A stretch of 64,000 nucleotides of DNA from Escherichia coli (GTDB taxonomy: Bacteria; Pseudomonadota; Gammaproteobacteria; Enterobacterales; Enterobacteriaceae), in assembly GCF_013122565.1 (NCBI RefSeq), contig NZ_CP053258.1. One strand, written 5' to 3'. The stretch's first letter is position 1; every line of letters begins with the position of its first letter. The notes beneath the pieces are model-generated. The model was not told where the DNA came from, ran no database searches, and saw only the letters and a list, made by a program, of their open reading frames with translations. The translations under genes and the position numbers were made by a program. Below, piece after piece: positions 36,242 to 46,439 of the stretch.

Positions 36242-36576
36242 TATTCGTCGTCGCCAATCTCATCATCAATGTTGACGTCCATGCCAGCGACAAGTTTCTT
36301 TCCTTGTTGAATGTCGAATGGACGAGTTTTTTGCGGGTTGTTCTGGATATCTGCATCCAGAAAACGCAAAAATGCATTCATAGTATGATCCTCCTGTTCA
36401 TCTCCCAGTCGGCACATAAATACTTGCCCACCAGGCAGAATTTCGTAATGAATGTTGTCCAAGCCTGGCTTCAGTTTTAAGGCCTCACGCACTGGCGCGG
36501 GGATAGTTGTTTGTCCGCGTATCGTGACCTTTGATTCAGTGGTCAGTACAGCGTGAGAGCGAGCATTAGCGGGCAT
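36241..36576 (-). CDS. prlF: Antitoxin PrlF (SohA), 111 aa
   Basis: MPANARSHAVLTTESKVTIRGQTTIPAPVREALKLKPG…; stop overlaps the yhaV ATG by 1 nt (TAATG); within track ORF 36241..36717. Confidence 0.9.
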   Translation of the reverse strand: MPANARSHAVLTTESKVTIRGQTTIPAPVREALKLKPGLDNIHYEILPGGQVFMCRLGDEQEDHTMNAFLRFLDADIQNNPQKTRPFDIQQGKKLVAGMDVNIDDEIGDDE

Positions 36577-36630
36577 TAGGCACTTTACTTTTACAGCCTG
36601 TTTTCTGCTCAAATTATAAGCTTCAGCAAA

Positions 36631-36650
36631 GTAATGCAAATGCATTATTA
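36631..36650. promoter_or_regulatory. Palindromic operator upstream of prlF (probable PrlF-YhaV autoregulation site)
   Basis: taatgca-N-tgcatta perfect inverted repeat about 60 nt upstream of the prlF start. Confidence 0.5.
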
Positions 36651-37064
36651 GCAGCAGAAAGCGCCAGAACCAACGAAAAAAGAGAACATGTTTCCCATTT
36701 TGCGAGGCGCTTTCCAAATCGTCCGCTCAGTCCCCTCGCACGCCAGCGCTAAAACCACTATTTTGCAAATCTGTGACCTCCTTCACTCTCCATAAAGGCG
36801 GTGATCTAATGGTGTGGATCCACTTTCTGCTTTCGCTTGTCTGCCGTAAGCACTCGCTATTTCGTCATCTCTCCTTTTCACTTTTTCAGTTTGTCATTTT
36901 CATTTGCGGTCAACCGAAAGATCTGGAGTCGATTTTTCCAGGTTTCAACGCCGTTGTCGGGTTCACAAATTCACTTCTTTTCTTCTGATGTAATGCATTC
37001 AAAAGAAAATGAAAGTTTCAAAATGCAAGAATGCAACGAAATACTTTTTCAGGGAGCGATTAAC

Positions 37065-37835
37065 ATGCTAGATAGCCTAAGACGCCGCGAACAAATCATT
37101 GATTTGTTATGTGCCCAGGGAAGCGTACGCGTTGAGCCGCTCAGCATCCATTTTGGTGTCTCATCGGTCACGATCCGCAATGACTTACGGTATCTGGAGC
37201 AAAAAGGTTGCGTCATGCGTTCCTATGGCGGTGCCGTGTTGAATCAACACTTTGCGCTCGACAGACCCTTGCAGGATAAAGATCGCCTTAATCGAGATGT
37301 TAAAGTGCGAATTGCCGAAAAAGCAGCCAGTTTTGTCAAGGATGGCGATACATTAATTATCGATTCTGGTTCAACGACCACGCTAATTCCAGCTTCGCTA
37401 AAGGGGCGTCGGGATTTAGTCGTTATGACGAATGCCTTGAATATCGCCTGGGAAATGGCCAGTTTTGAACGGGTGGATGTTATGATCCTTGGTGGAAACG
37501 TTCGCCAGAGCGTCTTCTCCCTGTATGGGCCTTCGGCAGAACATCAACTCCGGCAGTATCGCTTTGATAAGCTGTTTCTGGGCGTGGACGGCTTTTGCCT
37601 TGAAGCAGGGATTACCACACCACATCCGGGTGAGGCACATCTGAACCAGGTAATGTGTCAGGTTGCTCAGGAAATCACAGTTGTCGCGGACTCCAGTAAA
37701 TTTGGCCGGAAAAGCTTCTGTATGATCGGCGAAGTGAGCGAGATAGATCGACTGATTACCGATAGTGGTATTCCGGATAATTACAAACACGCATTAACGC
37801 AAATGGGTGTGGAAGTTGTGATTGCAGATGAGTGA
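37065..37835 (+). CDS. DeoR-family regulator, AgaR paralog (256 aa)
   Basis: ATG at 37065 preceded by cagggag; HTH …VSSVTIRNDLRYLEQKG… nearly identical to the AgaR recognition helix; DeoR C-terminal domain. The track ORF 36837..37835 is an upstream extension. Confidence 0.8.
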   Translation: MLDSLRRREQIIDLLCAQGSVRVEPLSIHFGVSSVTIRNDLRYLEQKGCVMRSYGGAVLNQHFALDRPLQDKDRLNRDVKVRIAEKAASFVKDGDTLIIDSGSTTTLIPASLKGRRDLVVMTNALNIAWEMASFERVDVMILGGNVRQSVFSLYGPSAEHQLRQYRFDKLFLGVDGFCLEAGITTPHPGEAHLNQVMCQVAQEITVVADSSKFGRKSFCMIGEVSEIDRLITDSGIPDNYKHALTQMGVEVVIADE

Positions 37836-37879
37836 GAAAATGTGGCTGGAGATAAACGTCGCCAACCACATTGCGTTAT

Positions 37880-38791
37880 TTACGTTGTATGTTTGATTTG
37901 CAGTAAAGCCGCGCCTCGTACGCCGCTTGTCGCCCCATGAACGGCAGAAAATACGCGCGCAGGTTCCAGACCCGGAAGAAGGTAGCGCGTCATGGCTTTC
38001 GGCAATAAGGCATAAATCTCTTTAAAATTAGACAACCCACCGCCAAGAACAAATGCATCAACGTCGAGAATATGCTGCAATTGCGCCAGTGTACAACCAA
38101 CCATGTCTATCCAGGCGTTTATAGTGGTGATAGCACTGGAAATGCCATGTTGATGATTTTCTAATAATGTCTCCATAGTGATTTGCTCACCGCTGAAATG
38201 CTTATGTAACCAGAGCAAACCAGGGCCAGACTGGTAGCGTTCCACACACCCTTGCAAACCGCAGCCGCATTGTAATTCAGGAAGGTTATAGCGCCGCATA
38301 AATGTCGCCGGGAGCGGTAAATGACCAAACTCGCAGGCCATACGGTTACGGCCACGGTATAACTGGCCATCAATAACTAATCCCCCGCCCATACCCGTGC
38401 CGATAATCGCGCCAAAGATCCGGCTATATTGACGAGCTTGATCGGTATGCGCTTCTGATAGGGCGAAGCAACAGCAGTCATTATCCATTATTACCGGGCG
38501 GTTAAGGCGATTTGCCAGATCGGTTAATACCTGGCGTCCGGTCAGGCAGGGAACGTTAGAAGACAACAGTTTACCGGTGTGCCGATCCATAACGCCGGGC
38601 ATCCCGATACCTATTTTGCCTTGCGTACCCGTGGCCCAGTCAGCGGTATCAATCAGAGACACAAATGTGGATAGAAAAAGCGCGTAATCCTGAACAGGCG
38701 TAGCCACCCGCTTGCGCCAGCAAATTTGTAAATCCTGATCAAAGGCGACTATCTCTGTTTTGGTTCCGCCAATATCAACACCGTAAAACAT
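37880..38791 (-). CDS. ROK-family sugar kinase, NagK-like (303 aa)
   Basis: MFYGVDIGGTKTEIVAFD… N-terminal ATP-binding motif; Zn-binding CxCGxxGC motif (CGCGLQGC); same length as NagK. Confidence 0.8.
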   Translation of the reverse strand: MFYGVDIGGTKTEIVAFDQDLQICWRKRVATPVQDYALFLSTFVSLIDTADWATGTQGKIGIGMPGVMDRHTGKLLSSNVPCLTGRQVLTDLANRLNRPVIMDNDCCCFALSEAHTDQARQYSRIFGAIIGTGMGGGLVIDGQLYRGRNRMACEFGHLPLPATFMRRYNLPELQCGCGLQGCVERYQSGPGLLWLHKHFSGEQITMETLLENHQHGISSAITTINAWIDMVGCTLAQLQHILDVDAFVLGGGLSNFKEIYALLPKAMTRYLLPGLEPARVFSAVHGATSGVRGAALLQIKHTT

Positions 38792-38809
38792 CGCTCATCT
38801 CCTTTGGTT

Positions 38810-40066
38810 TCACAGCACAACCAGGGTATTTTCCTTGCGAGCGCGTTCGGCGGCAAAGACCATCAGGTGACTTTCAAGTGATTCATTGGGGCCTGAGAGG
38901 ATCAGGTTTTGATCGCCCGCTAATACCGCCTGAATAAAGCGATCCATCAGATAGTAATCCCCACCACCGTGACCCCCCATTTGGGTGCGATTACCCGCTT
39001 CGATCTCCTCAATGGTGTATATAGTTTGCTGGTCGGTGAGAAAATCAAAACACCGAATGGTGTTGCCATCCCCTTCCAGATAGCCTTTCGAACCAAAAAG
39101 GCGGGTTTTGCGATCTTCCATTTTCGTAAAGGCCGTCATTGTAAAAGTGACGCTCTGCTGATGCGCAAATTGCATGTTGACCACTTGATGATCGACAACA
39201 TTGTTATCGCAGCAATAAACGCAGCGACCATAGGGACCGTCACGTAGCGACTGACGAACGTTTTCTTCTGTGGGGTTTGCCGTTAACACGCGACGGAAGT
39301 GAGGCGTACATTTATGGGCATCACCAAGATAAATTTTGCATGCGGACCACGGGCAGGTAGCTTCGACCTGGCAATCAAGGCAGCGATCGGCTGCACCTTC
39401 GGGCTGGTTTTGCTTAATAAAATGGTTAAGGCCGCCAAATGAGGTAACACTTTTACAATTATCCCCCATGATGTAGCGGATCCAGTCCAGATCGTGGCAA
39501 GATTTTTGCAAAAGCATAAATGACGATTCAGCTTCGTTGCGCCAGTTACCACGTACAAAAGAGTGTGCCTGGTGCCAGTAACCGACGGGTTCGAGATGCT
39601 GCATACTGATAATGTCGCCAATGATGCCGCTGTCGAGTAAGGATTTGAGTTTTTGTGTATATCGGGTGTAACGAAGAACATGAGCCACCGCTAATAACAC
39701 ATGATTGCGTTTCACGGCATCAATAATGATACGGCAATCTGCAGCTGTCGGTGCTAACGGTTTTTCCAGCAGGATATGATATCCCAAATCAGCAAATGCA
39801 ACGGCAGGCTCTTTATGCATATTGTCTTGCGTACAAATGAGGACTACATCAGCCATTTTGGGGGCTTTTGCAGCTTCTTTCCAGTCACTAAAAATATTGT
39901 CTGAAGAGATATTATGCTGGGCTACAAATTGCTCTCGATAAACCTCTCTGGGTTCAGCAACACCTACAACTTGCATTCTGTCTGGATGTTCAAGAGCATA
40001 ACGGGAATATATTTCCCCTCGTGCACCTGCACCTATCACTAAAACAGAAACTTTGTTTTTATTCAT
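38810..40066 (-). CDS. Gfo/Idh/MocA-family NAD(P)-dependent oxidoreductase with an unusual Cys-rich segment (about 418 aa)
   Basis: N-terminal Rossmann motif VLVIGAGARG; C-terminal alpha/beta domain; Cys cluster CLDCQVEATCPWSACKIY…CTPHF…CVYCCDNN. Start taken at MNKNKVSVLVIGAG within track ORF 38810..40093. Confidence 0.7.
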   Translation of the reverse strand: MNKNKVSVLVIGAGARGEIYSRYALEHPDRMQVVGVAEPREVYREQFVAQHNISSDNIFSDWKEAAKAPKMADVVLICTQDNMHKEPAVAFADLGYHILLEKPLAPTAADCRIIIDAVKRNHVLLAVAHVLRYTRYTQKLKSLLDSGIIGDIISMQHLEPVGYWHQAHSFVRGNWRNEAESSFMLLQKSCHDLDWIRYIMGDNCKSVTSFGGLNHFIKQNQPEGAADRCLDCQVEATCPWSACKIYLGDAHKCTPHFRRVLTANPTEENVRQSLRDGPYGRCVYCCDNNVVDHQVVNMQFAHQQSVTFTMTAFTKMEDRKTRLFGSKGYLEGDGNTIRCFDFLTDQQTIYTIEEIEAGNRTQMGGHGGGDYYLMDRFIQAVLAGDQNLILSGPNESLESHLMVFAAERARKENTLVVL

Positions 40067-40104
40067 GGTGAAAAGACCTTCTGATAAATTCATCTGCTTG
40101 TTTT

Positions 40105-40863
40105 TTATAAATTACGAAAACTAACAAGATGAAATCCGCGTTTTTCAATCTCATATTTGAGTGACGACGTAGTCAGAACTGCTAGTTCTTCCAGTCGTTG
40201 GTAGCAGTAACTGCTCAACATTAAGGGGGTATCGATAAACCCTGGGTGACACATAATTTCCAGAGACTTATCATTAGTTTTTATGGCTCTATCAATAAGT
40301 GACAAGAAAAAGTCTTCTGAAATATTCTCATCGTAGAAATCACTGCTGAACCCATCACTACTTTTTACATTCCGCGAATCGATGTTTTTCTCTCGTAAAA
40401 CGGAACGGTCGATACGTAACGGTAAATTTTTCTCACGCGCGAAACGAGCGACGATGGGATAAACCTGCGGGATCATATGAACGCTGTGATGGCTGTCTAA
40501 ATGGGTGGGCTCCCGTTTAAATACATCAATAAAACGTTGATATTGAGAACTCAGTTCCTGTTCAATTTCGCCTAGGTTTAATTGCCCTTGCTCCGCAACC
40601 TCCCAAATCCATTTACCTAATCTACCTTCACGTGTCAGTGAAGGCATATCCGTTAAGGCAGCGCCATAGCTCAAAACAAAATGTAAACCGACGCCGAGTT
40701 GTGGGGTTTCGGCACTCAACGAGGCGGCATGATCAATTGCCGGAGCGTTCATCATCGCTGTTGTTGAGCGAACCACGCCATTCCGTACCGCCTCGATGAT
40801 TCCATAATTAATACCTTTGCTTAGTCCAAAATCGTCCGCATTCACAATTAATAAGCGTTGCAT
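40105..40863 (-). CDS. YdjC/ChbG-family carbohydrate deacetylase (252 aa)
   Basis: [25 protein letters not shown]…; conserved HxDSHH-type motif ([10 protein letters not shown]). Confidence 0.8.
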   Translation of the reverse strand: MQRLLIVNADDFGLSKGINYGIIEAVRNGVVRSTTAMMNAPAIDHAASLSAETPQLGVGLHFVLSYGAALTDMPSLTREGRLGKWIWEVAEQGQLNLGEIEQELSSQYQRFIDVFKREPTHLDSHHSVHMIPQVYPIVARFAREKNLPLRIDRSVLREKNIDSRNVKSSDGFSSDFYDENISEDFFLSLIDRAIKTNDKSLEIMCHPGFIDTPLMLSSYCYQRLEELAVLTTSSLKYEIEKRGFHLVSFRNL

Positions 40864-40875
40864 AAGGTATCCTTG

Positions 40876-42228
40876 TTACTGATGAGATTGGGTAAGTTCA
40901 GCAATAGTGCTGGAAAATTGAGGTAGATGTTTTTTATGGGCAATGATCAGTTCACGCACTAATTTTTCAGCGTCGTTATCCGAGGTCATTAGCGGGTTAA
41001 GACACAGAGCCAGCAGCGTATCGTTAAAGTTACCACTTATTGCCGCCCGGGCTGCCGCAATCTCAAAACATTTGATTGAATGAATGAGCCCCAGTACATT
41101 TTCGTCAAAATGAGTGAGACGCGGGTGGGGGGTAACACCGTTATTCCCCAGAATGCAGGTCATTTCAACGGTCCAGTCTTCAGGGATATTTTTTACACTG
41201 CCCTTGTGTGGAATATTAACGTAGTGTTCTGTTTGCGTGTCATTATAAATTGCATTAATAACGGCACAGGCTGCATCTGAATAATACGCACCACCACGCA
41301 GATCCAGTTCTTCAGGTTTTGTATTTAGTTCTGGGTCCTTATACAGCTCAAATAATTTCTTCTCTAATGCCTGCACGACTTGTGCACGAACGCCATTTTT
41401 ATAAAATTCCCCCATCTCAATGGCGAGCATTTCTTTATGTTTAAAATAGTAACGTAAGTAAGCACAGGGCAGGAGATTAAGTGCCCGAATTAAATTAGGA
41501 TTGAAGGTTAAACTGTCAATATTTTTGACGGTACTTCCTTCAAGCAGACCTTCAACGACGCCATCGAGCAATTCAGCAAAACGTGATTGTCCATTGACCC
41601 ATACGTCTTTAAGAAAGACCATATGATTTAAGCCAAATATGTCTATTGAAAGATCATCGTCCGCGCCAAGTTTTAGGGCATTGCGAACGAAGCTCTTCAT
41701 CCCAACAGGGACATTACAGACACCGATAAACCGTTTAAATTGGGTATGGCGGTACACGGCTTCAGTGACCATCCCGGCAGGATTGGTGAAATTAATAATC
41801 CAGGCATCGGGGCAAAGTTCTTCTACATCTTTGATAATATGAAAGATCACGGGGATGGTACGCAATCCGTTGAATAAACCGCCTGCGCCATTGGTTTCTT
41901 GCCCCAGATATCCCTGACTTAGTGGCATCAACTCATCCATTTCCCGCGCTTTTAATTGCCCGACCCGAAACTGTGTGGTGACAAAGTGCGCGCCCTGTAA
42001 TGCTGTGCGGCGGTCCAGGGTTTTCACTATTTTTAACGGAATGCCTGCTTTGACTACCATTCGCTGACAAAGGTCGAAAATAATGTCCAGCTTTTCTTTG
42101 CCTTCTTCAATATCAACTAGCCATAATTCACTGACCGGTAATTCATCGTAGCGTTTTATGAATCCTTCAAGGAGTTCTGGCGTATAGCTACTGCCACCGC
42201 CAATAGTAACGATTTTTAAATTTTTCAT
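40876..42228 (-). CDS. Glycoside hydrolase family 4 6-phospho-glycosidase, ChbF-like (450 aa)
   Basis: MKNLKIVTIGGGSSYTPEL… NAD-binding N-terminus; GH4 length and motifs. Confidence 0.85.
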   Translation of the reverse strand: MKNLKIVTIGGGSSYTPELLEGFIKRYDELPVSELWLVDIEEGKEKLDIIFDLCQRMVVKAGIPLKIVKTLDRRTALQGAHFVTTQFRVGQLKAREMDELMPLSQGYLGQETNGAGGLFNGLRTIPVIFHIIKDVEELCPDAWIINFTNPAGMVTEAVYRHTQFKRFIGVCNVPVGMKSFVRNALKLGADDDLSIDIFGLNHMVFLKDVWVNGQSRFAELLDGVVEGLLEGSTVKNIDSLTFNPNLIRALNLLPCAYLRYYFKHKEMLAIEMGEFYKNGVRAQVVQALEKKLFELYKDPELNTKPEELDLRGGAYYSDAACAVINAIYNDTQTEHYVNIPHKGSVKNIPEDWTVEMTCILGNNGVTPHPRLTHFDENVLGLIHSIKCFEIAAARAAISGNFNDTLLALCLNPLMTSDNDAEKLVRELIIAHKKHLPQFSSTIAELTQSHQ

Positions 42229-42305
42229 GTTACTTCCATACTCAATATTAAATTGACTTGTGATTCCATGTTTTTATCTAAACCTTGGCATGAAGACGCG
42301 TCCTA

Positions 42306-43667
42306 TTAAAACTTCAACGCATTTGCTATATCTTCTTCGCTTTCTTCTTTATTAATTTCGACTTGTGCTTTGTTTGAGATAATGACAAAGGGAAGATAAA
42401 CCATTGTGGCAACACCTAAGTTAAAGAGTGCCAGGAGTAATCCAGCAATGCTCCCATTTGAACTGAAGAATGCATTAAGTCCAGGGGGCATGGTCCAGGG
42501 GGCGATATTTGTTGATGGCGGAATAATACCCATGTTATAGGCGATTAAGGTAATCCCGGCGAGAATGGGTTGAATCATCACAAACGGAATTAACATAATG
42601 GGATTCATAATGATCGGCAAACCAAATAAAATAGGTTCGTTGATATTAAAGATACCAGAAGGTAACGCTAATTTAGCAACCTGACGATAATCCTCCCGGC
42701 GTGAGGCAATGAAAATAGCGAAAATGAGTCCCAGCGTTGCTCCTGTTCCACCGAGGAATACGTAAGCGTCAAGCATTGGCCCGGTCCAGAAATGGAAGGT
42801 TTTTCCTGCTTCCAGTGCCGCTTGTACCGAACCATATTGTGTATAAGTCGCAATATTTTCCAGACCCCAGGGACCCAGCGTGCTGCTTTGTAACGCAGTT
42901 AATACTAAACCGCCGTGGATACCAAAGAACCATAACAGGGAATTAAAGACAACGAATGTCCAGCCAACAATACTGCTCATTGACGTTAATGGCGTAGCCA
43001 GTGAGGTGATAATGACCTGATGGAAATTGGTGCCATATATCGACAATATGCCAGATAAACTCCCCATAATTAACAGGATAATAAACCCAGGCACCATTGC
43101 CGAGAATGAGCGTGATACTGCTGCCGGGACACTCGCGGGTAAACGAATCACCCAGTTGCGACGGATAATAAAAGCGAAAATTTCCGCTACAACTAATCCA
43201 ATGATCATACCAGACAGGATATTGGCTCCCCCCAGCCAGTTTGCGCCAATGACATTAGCAGTTTCTCCTGCTTTGAAGGGGGTGACGGTCATAAACGCTG
43301 CGACAGAGAGTAAGCCAACGGATAACGAATCAACTTTCCGTTCTTCGGCCAACCCCATCCCAATAAAAAAGGGGGTCATGAGTGACATAATGCCCAGCGT
43401 GCCATGATAAGCACTGTCACCGACGACGGTGAAGGCGCTTAAGGTTTTTATGGTCGATGGTTCCAGTCGGACGCCTAATGAATAAAAAAAGGAGCCTTCG
43501 CCAAAATCTAAAAAAACGCTATTAATGAGAACAAATAACGTACCGGCTAACGTTAATGGCATCATACGGATAAAACCGTTTTTTATTGCATTGACGTGAG
43601 GTTGTTTCCCTAATTTAACTGCAAAAGGAAGAATGAGTTTTTCAAGTAACGCCATCACTCCGGGCAT
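42306..43667 (-). CDS. PTS lactose/cellobiose-family EIIC permease, ChbC-like (about 450 aa)
   Basis: Polytopic membrane protein; conserved IIC core (…[22 protein letters not shown]…[11 protein letters not shown]); the exact start may be a few codons downstream. Confidence 0.85.
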   Translation of the reverse strand: MPGVMALLEKLILPFAVKLGKQPHVNAIKNGFIRMMPLTLAGTLFVLINSVFLDFGEGSFFYSLGVRLEPSTIKTLSAFTVVGDSAYHGTLGIMSLMTPFFIGMGLAEERKVDSLSVGLLSVAAFMTVTPFKAGETANVIGANWLGGANILSGMIIGLVVAEIFAFIIRRNWVIRLPASVPAAVSRSFSAMVPGFIILLIMGSLSGILSIYGTNFHQVIITSLATPLTSMSSIVGWTFVVFNSLLWFFGIHGGLVLTALQSSTLGPWGLENIATYTQYGSVQAALEAGKTFHFWTGPMLDAYVFLGGTGATLGLIFAIFIASRREDYRQVAKLALPSGIFNINEPILFGLPIIMNPIMLIPFVMIQPILAGITLIAYNMGIIPPSTNIAPWTMPPGLNAFFSSNGSIAGLLLALFNLGVATMVYLPFVIISNKAQVEINKEESEEDIANALKF

Positions 43668-43741
43668 AAAAATATCCTTATATACCGATTAATGTATCAC
43701 TTTGATTATTGTTGTAGATCAATCCTATTGATAGGGTAGGG

Positions 43742-44059
43742 TTACTTCTGTTGTTTTTTTATCATGGCAATGGCAGATTTTAATACGCCTAAACCATCAA
43801 TTTTCCCATATAACATTGAATCTATAACTTCCACTGGCTTTCCAGGTAATAAGCTTTGGATCTCTGATTGCATATAAGCAATTTGCGGTCCTAATAATAT
43901 AACATCAGCTTCCGGACCTTTCTCTGCAGCAACAGATTCGGAGAATGCTTCAATAATTACCGGCACATCATATTTTATTGCCTGCACTTTCATCTTAGAA
44001 ACTAGCAGAGATGTTGACATTCCCGCCGAGCAAAATAAATATATTCTTTTCTTTTCCAT
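43742..44059 (-). CDS. PTS lactose/cellobiose-family EIIB, ChbB-like (105 aa)
   Basis: [23 protein letters not shown]… with the phospho-acceptor Cys in the CSAGMSTS motif; start chosen within track ORF 43742..44122. Confidence 0.85.
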   Translation of the reverse strand: MEKKRIYLFCSAGMSTSLLVSKMKVQAIKYDVPVIIEAFSESVAAEKGPEADVILLGPQIAYMQSEIQSLLPGKPVEVIDSMLYGKIDGLGVLKSAIAMIKKQQK

Positions 44060-44493
44060 AGGGACTCCGGATATATTAAGGTATAATATATTTGTCATGC
44101 CATAAATGGCATATAATGCCACTTATAATTAATAAAACACCGATTTTTATATTGATTTCCTGAATGTCGTCTTTAGGTATTAATCTCAGGAGTTTCAGGA
44201 ACCATTGAATAATCTGGTTTATAGAATTGAATGTCAAGTTAGTGAAATGGTGGGAGTGCGGTAATAAAAATAGTGCGGCTTTCGGTTGGTTTCTTTTTTA
44301 TCAGAACGAAAAGTACAGTTAAAATGATTTCTGGATAAATTGAAGTTTTTTCAATGAATTACATTTTTGTCTGCCCGTGGGAATGAAAAAAACAATAATC
44401 AAAAAATACTTTAGATATGTGAGCGTTATCACTTCCTTTTTGTTGGGAAAACGGGGAAACACAGTCTCCCCATTTTCCGTTCATGCGAGGTCG

Positions 44494-46065
44494 TCAGGTC
44501 ACCGGTGCCGGGTTAAACACAGCCAGCTGGTTATGCAGTCCCCATTGATCCGAGAAGGTTTTCTTCTTCCCGCTGGCGACGTCGAGAATAAAGTGGAACA
44601 GCTTCCAGCCCACTTGTTCAATGGTCTCTTCGCCGGTAGCGATAGTACCCGCATTAATATCCATTAAATCAAACCAGCGGTTCGCCAGCTCGGTGCGGGT
44701 CGCCATTTTAATGACGGGTACCGCCATCAGGCCGTACGGCGTACCACGGCCGGTCGTAAACACTTGCACTGTGATACCCGAAGCCACCTGTTGCGTGCCA
44801 CAGACAAAATCGCTGGCTGGCGTCGCGGCGTAAATTAATCCGCGTTTAGTCGGACGTTGACCGGGCGACAGCACTTCAACAATTGCGCTTTTACCCGATT
44901 TAGCAATGGAGCCGAGCGCTTTCTCCACCACATTTGCCAGACCGCCTTTCTTGTTGCCCGGCGAAGGGTTGGCGCTGCGGTCGGTTTTTCCCATATTGAG
45001 ATAGTTATCGTACCACTCCATCTCCTCAAGCAGCCGTTTGCCGACCTCTTCGTTCACTGCGCGTGGTGTCAGCAGATGGATCGCGTCACGCACTTCCGTG
45101 ACTTCTGAGAACATCACCGTTGCGCCGCAGCGCACCAGTAGATCAGACGCATACCCAACCGCCGGGTTTGCCGTTACGCCAGAAAAGGCATCGCTGCCAC
45201 CGCACTGCATGCCGACAACCAGTTCTGAAGCCGGACAGGTTTCTCGCTGACGTTGATTCAGTTTTTGTAGATGGCGTTCGGCGACCTGCAAAATATCCTC
45301 GACCATGGACTGAAAACCGACATGCTTTTCATCCTGCAAACTGACAATGCTGGCGCTTTCTACTGGAATAGCTTGCACATCATCCGTTCCAGTCAGCAGG
45401 CGCTCAGGCTGCAACTTTTCACAACCCAGGCCAATCACCATTACTTCGCCGCCAAAGTTAGGGTTCAGCGAAATATTGTGAATGGTACGAATAGGCACAA
45501 CTGCCGCCGGTGCGTTAATCGCCACGCCACAACCGTACAAATGATTCAGCCCCACCACGCCATCGACGTTCGGGTATTTCGGTAGCAGATCGCGTTCAAT
45601 GATTTTTACTACATAGTCCACCACGCCTGCCACACAGTGGACGCTGGTGGTGATGCCGAGCAGGTTTTTGGTGCCCACGCTGCCATCGGCATTGCGATAG
45701 CCCTCAAAGGTGTATCCTTCCAGTGGCGGTAAGGGTTCCGGGACTTTGGTTGCCAGTGGCAGCGTGTGTAACGGCGGCGCTTCCGGTAGTACAACCATTG
45801 ATTCGTCGATCCAGCTTCCGCGTGGGATTGCACGCACGGCGTAACCAATCACTTCGCCATAACGAATAATTTCACCATTAGCCGGAATGTTGAGCAATGC
45901 GACTTTATGCCCCTGGGGAATATGTTCAATTAATTCCAGCCCATCCGGAAAACGCGTTCCTGCTTTCAGGCCATTATCATTAACAATAATTGCCACATTA
46001 TCTGTGTCGTGAACTTTTATATAAAACGCAGTTGGCGTTTCTTGTCTGATTTCGATGTTGGCCAT
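44494..46065 (-). CDS. garD: Galactarate dehydratase (523 aa)
   Basis: Track ORF; translation [39 protein letters not shown]…. Confidence 0.93.
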   Translation of the reverse strand: MANIEIRQETPTAFYIKVHDTDNVAIIVNDNGLKAGTRFPDGLELIEHIPQGHKVALLNIPANGEIIRYGEVIGYAVRAIPRGSWIDESMVVLPEAPPLHTLPLATKVPEPLPPLEGYTFEGYRNADGSVGTKNLLGITTSVHCVAGVVDYVVKIIERDLLPKYPNVDGVVGLNHLYGCGVAINAPAAVVPIRTIHNISLNPNFGGEVMVIGLGCEKLQPERLLTGTDDVQAIPVESASIVSLQDEKHVGFQSMVEDILQVAERHLQKLNQRQRETCPASELVVGMQCGGSDAFSGVTANPAVGYASDLLVRCGATVMFSEVTEVRDAIHLLTPRAVNEEVGKRLLEEMEWYDNYLNMGKTDRSANPSPGNKKGGLANVVEKALGSIAKSGKSAIVEVLSPGQRPTKRGLIYAATPASDFVCGTQQVASGITVQVFTTGRGTPYGLMAVPVIKMATRTELANRWFDLMDINAGTIATGEETIEQVGWKLFHFILDVASGKKKTFSDQWGLHNQLAVFNPAPVT

Positions 46066-46439
46066 TGTGCAATATTCTCCAGCCAGGGGTTATTAAAATG
46101 AGGACCTGGTCTCATTTAAAAATAAATGACTTCATTGGGTGAAATAAGAATGTCAGGAGTTTAAACGCAGAAATGTGATCAATGTCAATCATTTCAGGGA
46201 TTGCAGTGCCGCCCGGCAAGGTAAAGCGCAAATCTGTGCTTTAGCGCGCAACCTTATGTGCATATGCTCAAAATAATATTTAAATAGTATTAATTAAATT
46301 AGCATTTGCACAATGATTATTATTCTCGCGCTGCTTATACTAATTCCCGAGTTCATTGTCGTTACGGCATAAATGAAACTCATAAATAACACCTTCCCCA
46401 TAATAATAAAAATCAGCATAAGTACCCGAGGTAAATAAA

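Noticed and set aside
36837-37064. N-terminal 76-codon extension of the island DeoR ORF as listed in the track
   Set aside because: The extension has no similarity to DeoR N-termini, whereas the ATG at 37065 has a good SD and aligns with the AgaR start; the extension is probably non-coding promoter sequence.
37065-44493. Island as a mobile element, prophage or integrative element
   Set aside because: No integrase, transposase, IS inverted repeats, tRNA attachment site or obvious flanking direct repeats were seen; it looks like an operon-scale insertion or deletion polymorphism.
44377-44667. 96-aa plus-strand ORF upstream of the island PTS operon, overlapping the garD 3' end
   Set aside because: Overlaps the conserved garD C-terminus on the opposite strand and the island promoter region; no protein-like features.
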